From a virus, in the IMG/VR virus record IMGVR_UViG_3300010375_000001, positions 10,022-74,021 of that record: a DNA stretch of 64,000 nt. One strand, given 5' to 3'. Position numbers and translations under genes: made by a program. Below the pieces are notes generated by a model that made no database searches, was not told the origin of the DNA, and saw only the letters and a list, made by a program, of their open reading frames with translations. Positions 47,817 to 56,028 of this stretch are shown here, piece after piece; position 1 is the stretch's first letter; each line of letters begins with the position of its first letter.

Positions 47817-48104
47817 ATGCCAGAAGAATCAAAAGAAGAGTTCATTCAAAAGCACATCCAAAATATCTTTTTCATGCGAGCGTTATACGGACATGTTAAT
47901 GCCTACGCCGGCTCGTTTGCTAACGATGAAAACGCGCTGAAGTTGGAAAATGGAGAACTGGTAAGCCCGTTAAATGTAAAGTTGGGTGTAGAATGGCAGC
48001 TGCGATCATTTAAATTTAAAGTTATCGAACATCTTCAGCGCGTTAAAGCACCTTCAGATCTGATAATAGAGCTTTACGATTGGATGTTCAAAGACGATGT
48101 TTAA
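47817..48104 (+). CDS. Hypothetical protein
   Basis: ATG 47817. Confidence 0.5.
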   Translation: MPEESKEEFIQKHIQNIFFMRALYGHVNAYAGSFANDENALKLENGELVSPLNVKLGVEWQLRSFKFKVIEHLQRVKAPSDLIIELYDWMFKDDV

Positions 48105-48140
48105 CACAGGCAAGCCCTGAGAAACCAATAATCCTAAACC

Positions 48141-48186
48141 CACGGCAACGGCGTAGGCCGCATAGGAATCGCGATCCTATGCCGTG
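48141..48186 (+). ncRNA. tRNA-mimic element 15
   Basis: CACGGCA/TGCCGTG + TAGGA-ATCGCGA-TCCTA; D-like CGGC/GCCG. Confidence 0.75.
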
Positions 48187-48207
48187 CGAACTAAAAACAA
48201 GGAAACG

Positions 48208-48342
48208 ATGAAACCAAAAAAAGGAAACGACATGAAGCGCGATGTGGCTAAATGGTGGTTTATTGCGTTTATCGCTGCGATTATTGGCACCATAGCAATG
48301 GTATTTTTCTTTATCAGCATTCTTAAGGAGCACACGCATTAG
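48208..48342 (+). CDS. 44-aa TM microprotein (not in ORF track)
   Basis: MKPKKGNDMKRDVAKWWFIAFIAAIIGTIAMVFFFISILKEHTH after the shared leader. Confidence 0.6.
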   Translation: MKPKKGNDMKRDVAKWWFIAFIAAIIGTIAMVFFFISILKEHTH

Positions 48343-48346
48343 TCTT

Positions 48347-48374
48347 GTCAGCCCCTGCGGGGGCTGACTTTTTT
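48347..48374 (+). terminator. Intrinsic terminator closing the punctuated early operon
   Basis: GTCAGCCCC-TGCG-GGGGCTGAC-TTTTTT. Confidence 0.8.
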
Positions 48375-48402
48375 GAAAACACTTAACACTAAATATTTCA
48401 TC

Positions 48403-48648
48403 ATGGTAAAAAGTAAGACAAGAAAGCCCATCAATCCTCGTTCGGCTGAAGCGCTGGCGCAGAAGGGGCTCACGGTTATCAAGCTGGAAGTATCGTCGGA
48501 ATCATTGGATAGCTTAGATGGTATCCGCCAGCAGTTGCCGGGATACAAGGAAATGCATCCGCGAAAGTTTTTAAAGACGGTAATAAACGAATTAGGGTCT
48601 CATCCTCAAATAGAAGGCATCATCAAGGCACTTCTTGGCGTCAAGTAG
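48403..48648 (+). CDS. Small DNA-binding-like protein
   Basis: Basic N-terminus. Confidence 0.5.
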   Translation: MVKSKTRKPINPRSAEALAQKGLTVIKLEVSSESLDSLDGIRQQLPGYKEMHPRKFLKTVINELGSHPQIEGIIKALLGVK

Positions 48649-48678
48649 TCGCGTAATTAATCACAGTAAACAATAATC

Positions 48679-48984
48679 ATGAAAGCAGAACAGGTAGAAA
48701 AGGCAGCAGCCGTCCTGAACGCTCTGGACAATCCCATTCGTAGGCAAATGGTGGATATTTTAATCAAGAACGACACGAGGCCATCCATACTGCGCAAGCA
48801 AATAAAGATGAGCCGGGCGCGGATCGATTACCACATCGGTTTCCTTTTTAAAACGAAGGTAGTGTACCGTCGTAAGGGTAGGGGGACCGAACAGAAGGGC
48901 GGTGGCCAGATCTCCTTCTATTGTATCAACCAACAACAGATGAGGCGCATCGAGAAGGCCGTCGAGTGGTTAACAAAGGAATAA
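48679..48984 (+). CDS. ArsR-like winged HTH regulator
   Basis: LNALDNPIRRQMVDIL...HIGFL. Confidence 0.75.
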   Translation: MKAEQVEKAAAVLNALDNPIRRQMVDILIKNDTRPSILRKQIKMSRARIDYHIGFLFKTKVVYRRKGRGTEQKGGGQISFYCINQQQMRRIEKAVEWLTKE

Positions 48985-48988
48985 TAGC

Positions 48989-49020
48989 AAGGCCCGGGTG
49001 ACCCCTGGGCCTTTTTTGTT
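48989..49020. terminator. Terminator between convergent operons
   Basis: AAGGCCCGGG...CCTGGGCCTTTTTT. Confidence 0.7.
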
Positions 49021-49631
49021 TATGCTTCGGCGAATCCATTGAACACATCAGCCTTCAGGATTTCGCTGTTGTAGTCAACCTTCTTTCGGTTATTGGCGCT
49101 CCAGGACTCCCGCTGCAAGGCAGCGAAGGGATAACAAATGCGAAATAGTCCACGCCCATCTTGGGCGATATCGATGTGGCCGGCAGGGGATTGGAGAAAC
49201 GTATCAAAGTAATTCCGATGCATGATATAACAGTGGAGACCGGCGAGTCGATCAGTTTTATAGACCGTTGCCGGCCCTCGAAGGGATTTACGAAACGAGG
49301 CGTGTCGGCGTAGCTCTTCAAGCTGGCGATAGTCGCCGGCAGAATAGATGTCGTATTCTGTCGGGATATGTCGCAGAAAGTAATCCCAGGCACCCTTACC
49401 TGGAAACCAGACATCGGATTCCATCACGCAGACTTCATCCAGCTCCATCTCTTGGGCTTGCCGGATCACGTTCTTGTGCGACATAGCGATGCAGTCGGCC
49501 ACGACCTCGCAGCCGGAGGTAATAGCTGGCCAGATGCCGTACTCAGTGATACCCTGGCGCTGGAGCTCGCGCTCGCAGAGGATGAGCTCGGCATCATCGC
49601 GACGTAGGTCGTGTATGACGAAGACTCTCAT
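49020..49631 (-). CDS. GT25-like glycosyltransferase
   Basis: CIAMSHKNVI...VCVMESDV...GLHCYIM. Confidence 0.65.
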   Translation of the reverse strand: MRVFVIHDLRRDDAELILCERELQRQGITEYGIWPAITSGCEVVADCIAMSHKNVIRQAQEMELDEVCVMESDVWFPGKGAWDYFLRHIPTEYDIYSAGDYRQLEELRRHASFRKSLRGPATVYKTDRLAGLHCYIMHRNYFDTFLQSPAGHIDIAQDGRGLFRICYPFAALQRESWSANNRKKVDYNSEILKADVFNGFAEA

Positions 49632-50209
49632 GCCTTTGGTATTACAAAGTACGCCGTCTTCCAACAATTCCCATGGTGATCGGTATGGTCTTCCTGCGGA
49701 AAGATATATCCTTCATAGTCCCGGACAAGATCTTCGCAGGCCGGGCATAAGAAACCGTCCTGGTGCCAGTTATCTACGATCAGGATGCCGCCTTTTTGCA
49801 AGAGGATATCAATGGCGTATCGCATACATTCATATCGAAAGATACCATCTACAATGACGATGTCATAAGTCAATTCACCGACAAACTCCATCGGCGCTTC
49901 GACATATTGTCTCTCTTTCGTTCTATCCCCCTCATTCACTTCCTTCAAGAGCACAAGGCCATTAGATAACTGATGCTCCGCGCACTCTGCCTTAATCTCC
50001 ATGTAAAACTCCCACTTGGTTTCAATCGTTACGACGATCTCACACTTTTTCCGAAGCCAAGCTGTCGATCTTCCTCCCCCATATTCGACCACTCTCATAT
50101 TGCTTAAATCCCAACGTTCCAATACTTGTAGAAACGGATGGGTCAGCCACGGATAACAAAGACCGTTTGATGGGTCTATCTTCTGCCAATCGACAAGTTC
50201 TTTATTCAT
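49628..50209 (-). CDS. SAM-dependent (sugar O-)methyltransferase
   Basis: VVEYGGGRSTAW, YDIVIVDG, GGILIVDN. Confidence 0.8.
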   Translation of the reverse strand: MNKELVDWQKIDPSNGLCYPWLTHPFLQVLERWDLSNMRVVEYGGGRSTAWLRKKCEIVVTIETKWEFYMEIKAECAEHQLSNGLVLLKEVNEGDRTKERQYVEAPMEFVGELTYDIVIVDGIFRYECMRYAIDILLQKGGILIVDNWHQDGFLCPACEDLVRDYEGYIFPQEDHTDHHGNCWKTAYFVIPKA

Positions 50210-51021
50210 GAAAGGGCAATATATTTATTATAATACTCCGCCATCCATTCCAGGTCGTCGCCAGGATACATTGTTTTGAAGAGCTTCACGATCTTATCAA
50301 AGTTTTCCGGCAGATAGCCCGGACGCGGCAGATGCGCATCGATGATATCGGTTGGGATCGGGGCGGGCCAGCCATCGCGATCCGCGCGGAGGGTCGCGAA
50401 TTGTGTACCCGGCTTGGCTCTATTATGGAATAAGATCGGCGCAGCTTCGTCACCATTCATGGCATACTCAATAATCCTGTTGTGCGCCTCCTCCTGATCT
50501 TTGCTCCAGTAGTTGCCACGGAAGTTATCGGCTTCGATGCCCTTTAACAGATCGTCAACGCACTGCTGAACAGTGCGGCCTTCTATCTTCATCGCGCTGC
50601 GCCACTCCCTCGCTGAGGCGATGATGTAGCACATCGGCAGTTGACCATCCGGCACAAGATCGTGACCGATAACATGAAATACTTTATCGTTATGTGACAA
50701 GTCGCGAAAGATGGGCGAGAAGACGCACATATCGGCATCGCTCGTAACGAGAATTTCGTTGTCTGGGATGAACTTGAGCGCAGCGCCATAAAGCCTGGAG
50801 CACTGGGCGTATGTAGCAGCCTTGGGTCTCGGCGCCTCGATGTATACGCGGGGGCTATCGTCCAAGTATCTGGATACAAGTTCCATCTTTTCCAGATGGA
50901 GGACATCCGGCATCGTCCAGAAGATAACGCAGCTGACACCCAGCTTCTTCCAGCTGTGCACGGCGAAAGGCAAATTGAATAAGTAAAGATCCGTAGGAGT
51001 GCAAGACAATATTGCCGTCAT
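50206..51021 (-). CDS. Glycosyltransferase-like protein (DxD)
   Basis: AQCSRLY...VTSDADM...PMCY...DAHLPR. Confidence 0.55.
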   Translation of the reverse strand: MTAILSCTPTDLYLFNLPFAVHSWKKLGVSCVIFWTMPDVLHLEKMELVSRYLDDSPRVYIEAPRPKAATYAQCSRLYGAALKFIPDNEILVTSDADMCVFSPIFRDLSHNDKVFHVIGHDLVPDGQLPMCYIIASAREWRSAMKIEGRTVQQCVDDLLKGIEADNFRGNYWSKDQEEAHNRIIEYAMNGDEAAPILFHNRAKPGTQFATLRADRDGWPAPIPTDIIDAHLPRPGYLPENFDKIVKLFKTMYPGDDLEWMAEYYNKYIALS

Positions 51022-51200
51022 AAGGAAAGTTTCGTTTTTCTTACCATTGGTAACCCGGTAATATGATTCCAAATAATCCCTTTATGGATGGAGGAAATTG
51101 TCCAAGCTTTGTCGGAGATTTTATAGTAGCCTTCGTATCCTTCAATATCCTTCCATATTTCTTCGGCTTCAGGCGTCACACTCAAGATCGCTGTCATCAT
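51018..51200 (-). pseudogene. NUMOD4 homing-endonuclease remnant
   Basis: EEIWKDIEGYEGYYKISD with no nuclease domain. Confidence 0.65.
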
Positions 51201-51390
51201 CGGATTGATTATTGGTTATAGTCTTAATTGACTTCTTCAACTTGGCCAGAGCCATCAATGCGCCAACCATATTTCTTAAGGCCGTAGTATCCGGCGCATG
51301 TTTGGTATCAACAAGCGTATACCGAATCTCGTCGTTGGTTTCCTCTACACGAATTACAAACTCATTTGGCTGAAGAATCACCACGGCCAT
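51169..51390 (-). CDS. Hypothetical protein
   Basis: Overlapping operon. Confidence 0.45.
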   Translation of the reverse strand: MAVVILQPNEFVIRVEETNDEIRYTLVDTKHAPDTTALRNMVGALMALAKLKKSIKTITNNQSDDDSDLECDA

Positions 51391-51697
51391 AGTATCGTTT
51401 TTGCTGTTTTAACTGCTCCACCTGCTTATTTAGCTGGGACCACTTATATCTCAACTCTACCAGTTCTTTCTTAAGCGAGTTTATTTGTTCAAAATGATAC
51501 CCGCCATTGCAAGCCGATGCAAAAACAAAATCGAACGCATCCAAATATGCGCCACACCCATCGCATTGGATGGCGCGTTCGTGTTCGTCTACAGTGACGT
51601 GATCGTGCTCGCACCTTCTTTCTTTGCGCTTCGGGCTTAACAGAAGGCCATCTTTTGGCCGATCTTTTAGTGAGATAACTTTGCTTTCAGAGTCCAT
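51362..51697 (-). CDS. Zinc-ribbon + coiled-coil protein
   Basis: CEH...CDGCG. Confidence 0.55.
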   Translation of the reverse strand: MDSESKVISLKDRPKDGLLLSPKRKERRCEHDHVTVDEHERAIQCDGCGAYLDAFDFVFASACNGGYHFEQINSLKKELVELRYKWSQLNKQVEQLKQQKRYYGRGDSSAK

Positions 51698-52370
51698 TTA
51701 TAAAGAAGAGACATTTTCTTGGATCATATCCACCGCCATAGTACGCTACATAGTCAGGCTCATCGATGGCGAGATGGCAGTTATACATAGCCAAAGAGAG
51801 GCATGACTGATCCTGTCGGTGGTGCAGGAATCTTCCATCTTGAGATTCGCCGTTATGCGTACGGGCGCCTTTGTTTAGTCCCTGATCCATGTAGGCCTTC
51901 CACTGGAGGTACAGTTTGCGGGCGTCCGGGTTATTAAAGTTAAGACCCACGATCCCGGAGGCATATTCCGGGAAGGCCTCGATATCATCGCGCTCGATTC
52001 CCAATGCAGCAAGGGCCGCATCGTTGATCGTTTGTGCGAGGTTGTAACCGGACCTAAACATAAAAAATCCTTTTTGATTTACCAAATCAAAAACCTGCAT
52101 TGGGTTTCGGATGGCCCAAAATGATGCATCCAAGTAGATAATTTGAGTATATCCTCTCCACAACGCCCATTCAAACGCCCCTATTTTAAAGTAGTACGGA
52201 CTTTCATTATGTGACATGCATCCTGGGGGGTATGTGTCCCGCCAAAAAATCATATCTCCCGGAAAGCCATGGAAGATGAGAGATTTCTCAAGGCGATCGA
52301 TACCTGATGGATACCATGCCCCGATCCCCACTCCAATTATACATGGTTTATTGTTTCTGTTTATTTCCAT
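51687..52370 (-). CDS. Nucleotide-sugar transferase-like protein (GT-A)
   Basis: SPYYFK...IIYLDAS...HRQDQS. Confidence 0.65.
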   Translation of the reverse strand: MEINRNNKPCIIGVGIGAWYPSGIDRLEKSLIFHGFPGDMIFWRDTYPPGCMSHNESPYYFKIGAFEWALWRGYTQIIYLDASFWAIRNPMQVFDLVNQKGFFMFRSGYNLAQTINDAALAALGIERDDIEAFPEYASGIVGLNFNNPDARKLYLQWKAYMDQGLNKGARTHNGESQDGRFLHHRQDQSCLSLAMYNCHLAIDEPDYVAYYGGGYDPRKCLFFINGL

Positions 52371-52438
52371 CCGTGATTTTTTTATATGATTGTCCTCTTT
52401 TAATAAGGCCAATAACTGTATGAGAAACATTAAACCGC

Positions 52439-53038
52439 TTAGCGATCGAACGATGGGTGCCTGTCATCAATATTGTATTTTACGTAATAATAAAGTTGCG
52501 CGGGGATATGGACCTCGCTTTTGAGTAGCGGCTTGATCGCCCGCGCAAAGGCGTGATCTTCGCCAAAAGAGATGGGAGGAATAGTTGCCTGCCGGCAGAT
52601 CGAAGTGAGGATGGGCGTTTTAAAGAAGGGGGTTCGAACATAGTCGAAGCCGTCCTGGTTGTTGCCCCAATCGGCATACTTCAGACTGAAGTTAGATCGT
52701 TGTTCAGCGCCATCGATCAGGCAGCGCTCTTCGAAGGTGATGCAATGAGAGCCCGTTCCAGCGGCTGTACAGATGGCCCGGAGAGAAGTGTTAGCAACAT
52801 CGTCGTCGTCGTCGATCTGCCAGCTGTAGAGCCCGGAGGCTCTCCTGTACAGCTCGGCGCGCTTTTCGCCGATGGACACTTCGCGGTTATCGGATAGAAA
52901 GATGATCTCGATCTTTTCCTCCAGCCCGTCCAGGTCGATCAACCGATGAAGGTAGTCAACCAGTCGCTCCAGCTTCTGCCGTCTTTCCCTGATCGTCGGG
53001 ATAAGAATGCTTAACAAAGGTATATTGTCCGTTGTCAT
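52439..53038 (-). CDS. GT2 glycosyltransferase
   Basis: LSILIPT...IGEKR...IDDDD...GED. Confidence 0.85.
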   Translation of the reverse strand: MTTDNIPLLSILIPTIRERRQKLERLVDYLHRLIDLDGLEEKIEIIFLSDNREVSIGEKRAELYRRASGLYSWQIDDDDDVANTSLRAICTAAGTGSHCITFEERCLIDGAEQRSNFSLKYADWGNNQDGFDYVRTPFFKTPILTSICRQATIPPISFGEDHAFARAIKPLLKSEVHIPAQLYYYVKYNIDDRHPSFDR

Positions 53039-53705
53039 CTAAAAAGAATTTGTTATTGGCACGATAATGGTAAAGCTTTTCATCGTGATCCCACATGCCC
53101 TGTTGGCGCGTGTACTGCTCATCCCAGGGAACATGTCCATAGGCTGGGTGGAAATGATCGAAGAGCTGCGTGCCCAGGTAGAAGTAGCGGCCGCGCAGCT
53201 TGGCCGCCTCTTGGGCCTCGTTATCGCAGAAGACCGACCAATACTCCGGATAATAGATGAACCTATCCCGCTCGAAGTAGGCGCGATCCATCACTGACAT
53301 AGTGGAAAGCATGTTTCTCGCGGTGGAGTCGGGATAATGCAGGAAGACGTCTGGCCCGTTGCAGCGGACGCCTTCCCGTATTAAGTGATCCCAGCCGTAG
53401 ACAGTGAAGCGCATGTCGTCGGAGAAGTTGACCAGGATATCCCAATTGACCAATGGGATATCGCGGTTGATCGCATCGATCTTCGATTTGGAATATCCAT
53501 AAGCTAATTGGAAATGAGGGATTCGTTCCACTTTATCGCGTAGAATATGGTCATACTCTTCAAAAAGGGGATCGTCCAGATCAATACAGAAGGACAAGAG
53601 AAGATCCGTGGGACTATTGGCCAATTGTAAAATACTATCAAGCCCTTCGGCGAAGCGTTTTGGCCTCGATCGGCTCGCGTACTTAACCAGGATGCGCGGC
53701 TCCAT
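52956..53705 (-). CDS. GT2-like glycosyltransferase
   Basis: SRSRP...SKIDAIN...FSDDM...CDNE...HFHP. Confidence 0.7.
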   Translation of the reverse strand: MEPRILVKYASRSRPKRFAEGLDSILQLANSPTDLLLSFCIDLDDPLFEEYDHILRDKVERIPHFQLAYGYSKSKIDAINRDIPLVNWDILVNFSDDMRFTVYGWDHLIREGVRCNGPDVFLHYPDSTARNMLSTMSVMDRAYFERDRFIYYPEYWSVFCDNEAQEAAKLRGRYFYLGTQLFDHFHPAYGHVPWDEQYTRQQGMWDHDEKLYHYRANNKFFLDDNGQYTFVKHSYPDDQGKTAEAGATG

Positions 53706-54076
53706 TACATGGTGATTTCAAACTTGCTCTTGTGATTTTCCTGCGGTATATCCAATGAAGGCGGGGCCGGATCGGGCAGCACTTCGTCGGCGACGGGTTT
53801 GCGAGGCACGAGCGACGCTATCTCTGCCGGACGAAAGCCTTTCAGAAAATTGGCGATCTTTCCAGCGTGGTGCAGCAGTTCATCCAAGGGGATAGACTTG
53901 CCGGCATGCAGCGAAATGGCGGTGGCCAGCGCCTCTCTGTAAATGAATTCGTTATCATCGGATGTAATCGGTTCGTTGAAAAAGGATTCATCGACCTTTA
54001 GCTTGGCCGAAGTTCTTTTTCGAGTGCCGGCTTTTTTCTTGGCAGGCTTTCTGCTGCCTTTAATTCCTCTTGGCAT
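53705..54076 (-). CDS. Hypothetical protein, basic N-terminus
   Basis: ORF in operon. Confidence 0.5.
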   Translation of the reverse strand: MPRGIKGSRKPAKKKAGTRKRTSAKLKVDESFFNEPITSDDNEFIYREALATAISLHAGKSIPLDELLHHAGKIANFLKGFRPAEIASLVPRKPVADEVLPDPAPPSLDIPQENHKSKFEITM

Positions 54077-54094
54077 TTTTATTGATTATAGTGG

Positions 54095-54373
54095 TTATAC
54101 AATAGCCCATACATCACCCTGCTCGCGCGGGGTAGGGCCGTTTAGAATTTTATATTTCACTCCATCGAATTCCTTCTCTACTCCCGCGTTTCGCGGGTAC
54201 AAAATCTTCTCCCCAATTTTTAACAGCGGTTCGACATCTTTGGCTACCAGGATGACTGTGCCCTCCTCCAGAGAGGACTGCACAGATTCAGGGATGATAA
54301 TGCCTCTGATGTTTTTTTCCTTTAACGGGTCTGGCTGAACGACGATCTTGCAACCCAATGGCTGGATGTTCAT
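54095..54373 (-). CDS. GroES-like co-chaperonin
   Basis: IQPLGCKIVV...GIIIPES...GTVILV...GEKILY. Confidence 0.85.
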   Translation of the reverse strand: MNIQPLGCKIVVQPDPLKEKNIRGIIIPESVQSSLEEGTVILVAKDVEPLLKIGEKILYPRNAGVEKEFDGVKYKILNGPTPREQGDVWAIV

Positions 54374-54768
54374 AGCATATTAACGCGCTGGCGCTTTAGG
54401 TTCAGTATGTAATTGTTTATAAGAATACATTTGCGATAGATGCGCAGATCGACATCGAGCGCTGCTGCTTGATCGTAGATGCGTTTGCCTTCTTTCTTCC
54501 GTCGCTCATACTTCTCTTTTCCCATATCGTTATACGAATGATATTTGGCCAGCAGGTTGTTGAATTCTCGCAAATCCATCTGAACGTAGCGAAGAATATC
54601 GCTGACGCGGTGACCGCAGCCGATGGCGATGCCGATAAAAATCATTCGGGCGCCGCTCTTCAACCTTCGATCGAGGTAGTCGATGCCCGTCTCTAAGAAC
54701 TTCCCATCTGGATTGATGACAAAGTTGGCGCGTACGGCTTGTTCAATATCGGGAAGGGAGGCTTTCAT
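54370..54768 (-). CDS. Hypothetical protein
   Basis: Overlapping operon. Confidence 0.55.
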   Translation of the reverse strand: MKASLPDIEQAVRANFVINPDGKFLETGIDYLDRRLKSGARMIFIGIAIGCGHRVSDILRYVQMDLREFNNLLAKYHSYNDMGKEKYERRKKEGKRIYDQAAALDVDLRIYRKCILINNYILNLKRQRVNML

Positions 54769-55247
54769 CTGAGCGAGGCAACTTTGCTGGCGAGCGGCTG
54801 AAGATTAGCTGTTCCCGCGCCTGGGCCCGCAGTCGTGTCCCGCTTGCTTACGATTCTATTCATCATATCGGGAGAGGAATTAAGTCCCGCTACAGGACCC
54901 TTGTCCAAGTTTCCCAAACGGGAAAGCAGCGCGTGTGTTTCCGGGTCACTGCTTCCCATATCATAAAAAGTTTGTATTCGCTTTTCCGGGGATAATCCGA
55001 TGACATCCCTCCGCTGATTAAACGCCATGGCGTGGGTTATCATCTTCTGAGCGGTCGCGTCGCCTAATGCATAGCGGAGATAAGAAAGACCGCCTCGAAG
55101 ATCGGGATCTTTCAAATCGGTGAGGCGTTTGCCGACGAGTCCGGTTAGTACGTCACGGACGTACAAACTTTTTTCGGGAGACAGGTTGCGATTGGGGGGA
55201 TCGCCGCCGCCACCCAGTAGGGAAGCGAGGGGAGAGGTAGCAACCAT
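54765..55247 (-). CDS. Hypothetical protein
   Basis: First gene after a minus-strand TACTTTTG box. Confidence 0.55.
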   Translation of the reverse strand: MVATSPLASLLGGGGDPPNRNLSPEKSLYVRDVLTGLVGKRLTDLKDPDLRGGLSYLRYALGDATAQKMITHAMAFNQRRDVIGLSPEKRIQTFYDMGSSDPETHALLSRLGNLDKGPVAGLNSSPDMMNRIVSKRDTTAGPGAGTANLQPLASKVASLR

Positions 55248-55264
55248 ATGAAGAATGTGTGAAA

Positions 55265-55313
55265 CAAAAGTAAGTATAAAAATTTATATGCATTGTATAA
55301 ATTTTTATATTCG
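55265..55313. promoter_or_regulatory. Divergent promoter region with a copy of the switch operator
   Basis: Minus TACTTTTG (55272-55265); TTTATAT-N5-GTATAAA (55283-55301); plus TATATTCG. Confidence 0.55.
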
Positions 55314-55323
55314 CAAAGTAATC

Positions 55324-55980
55324 ATGAAAAATATTCCCACTGCGCCGATCAACGTCGTCTACGTTAAAATCCAAAAGAAAGTGTACGATTCCGTTCGCTT
55401 TCCATCCGGCACCATAATATATAAGGATACTTCTTTCCATCCGGAAGAGTCCAGCATGTGCGAGGCGACGGTTGTCAGCGTGTGTCCTTTGATTCAGGAC
55501 CGGTTCGACTATGCCGGCATGCGCGCCGATATGCTTCAACCAGGGGATACGATCCTGATCCGGTACGATGTGGTGTTTCATTATTCCCACCAACCCGAAC
55601 GCGATACGCCGATCTGGAAGAACATTATAGTATGGAATGGGGAGGAGTACTGGCGGGTGGATATCCAGCAGATTTTTGGCATCCTGCGAAAGGGGTATGT
55701 TGAAATGATCAACGGGTATGTCATGTGCGACCCCTGCACCATTCGGGCTGACTTTGGTTCCTTTGGCGTTCCCAGGGGTTTCGAATACAAGTTGTCCAAT
55801 GAGCTCTATAAGATTCGGTATGTCGGCGAGCCGCTGCCGCAGGAACCCAAGCTGGAGGTTACAGCCGGCGACATCATTCATATTCGGCCGGGGCTCGCCC
55901 AGAACTATCAAACCGACTGGGGTGACTTCTCCATTATAAAACAATCCCACATTCTCGCACGCGAGCAAAACATCGCATAA
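55324..55980 (+). CDS. Tandem GroES-like domain protein
   Basis: SGTIIY...ATVVSV...QPGDTILI, repeated as VTAGDIIHI. Confidence 0.55.
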   Translation: MKNIPTAPINVVYVKIQKKVYDSVRFPSGTIIYKDTSFHPEESSMCEATVVSVCPLIQDRFDYAGMRADMLQPGDTILIRYDVVFHYSHQPERDTPIWKNIIVWNGEEYWRVDIQQIFGILRKGYVEMINGYVMCDPCTIRADFGSFGVPRGFEYKLSNELYKIRYVGEPLPQEPKLEVTAGDIIHIRPGLAQNYQTDWGDFSIIKQSHILAREQNIA

Positions 55981-56025
55981 TCTGCTTTTTTTCCCCCTGC
56001 TTTCCAATGCATCCGTATAATTTCA
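55967..56025 (+). promoter_or_regulatory. Putative late promoter (second copy)
   Basis: See 1831-1889. Confidence 0.6.
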
Positions 56026-56028
56026 TAT

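Noticed and set aside
35372-48200. CGAACTAAAAAC repeats as a CRISPR array or integron attC sites
   Set aside because: Spacing is irregular and gene-sized, there are no cas genes or RYYYAAC/GTTRRRY attC ends, and the motif is tied to start codons.
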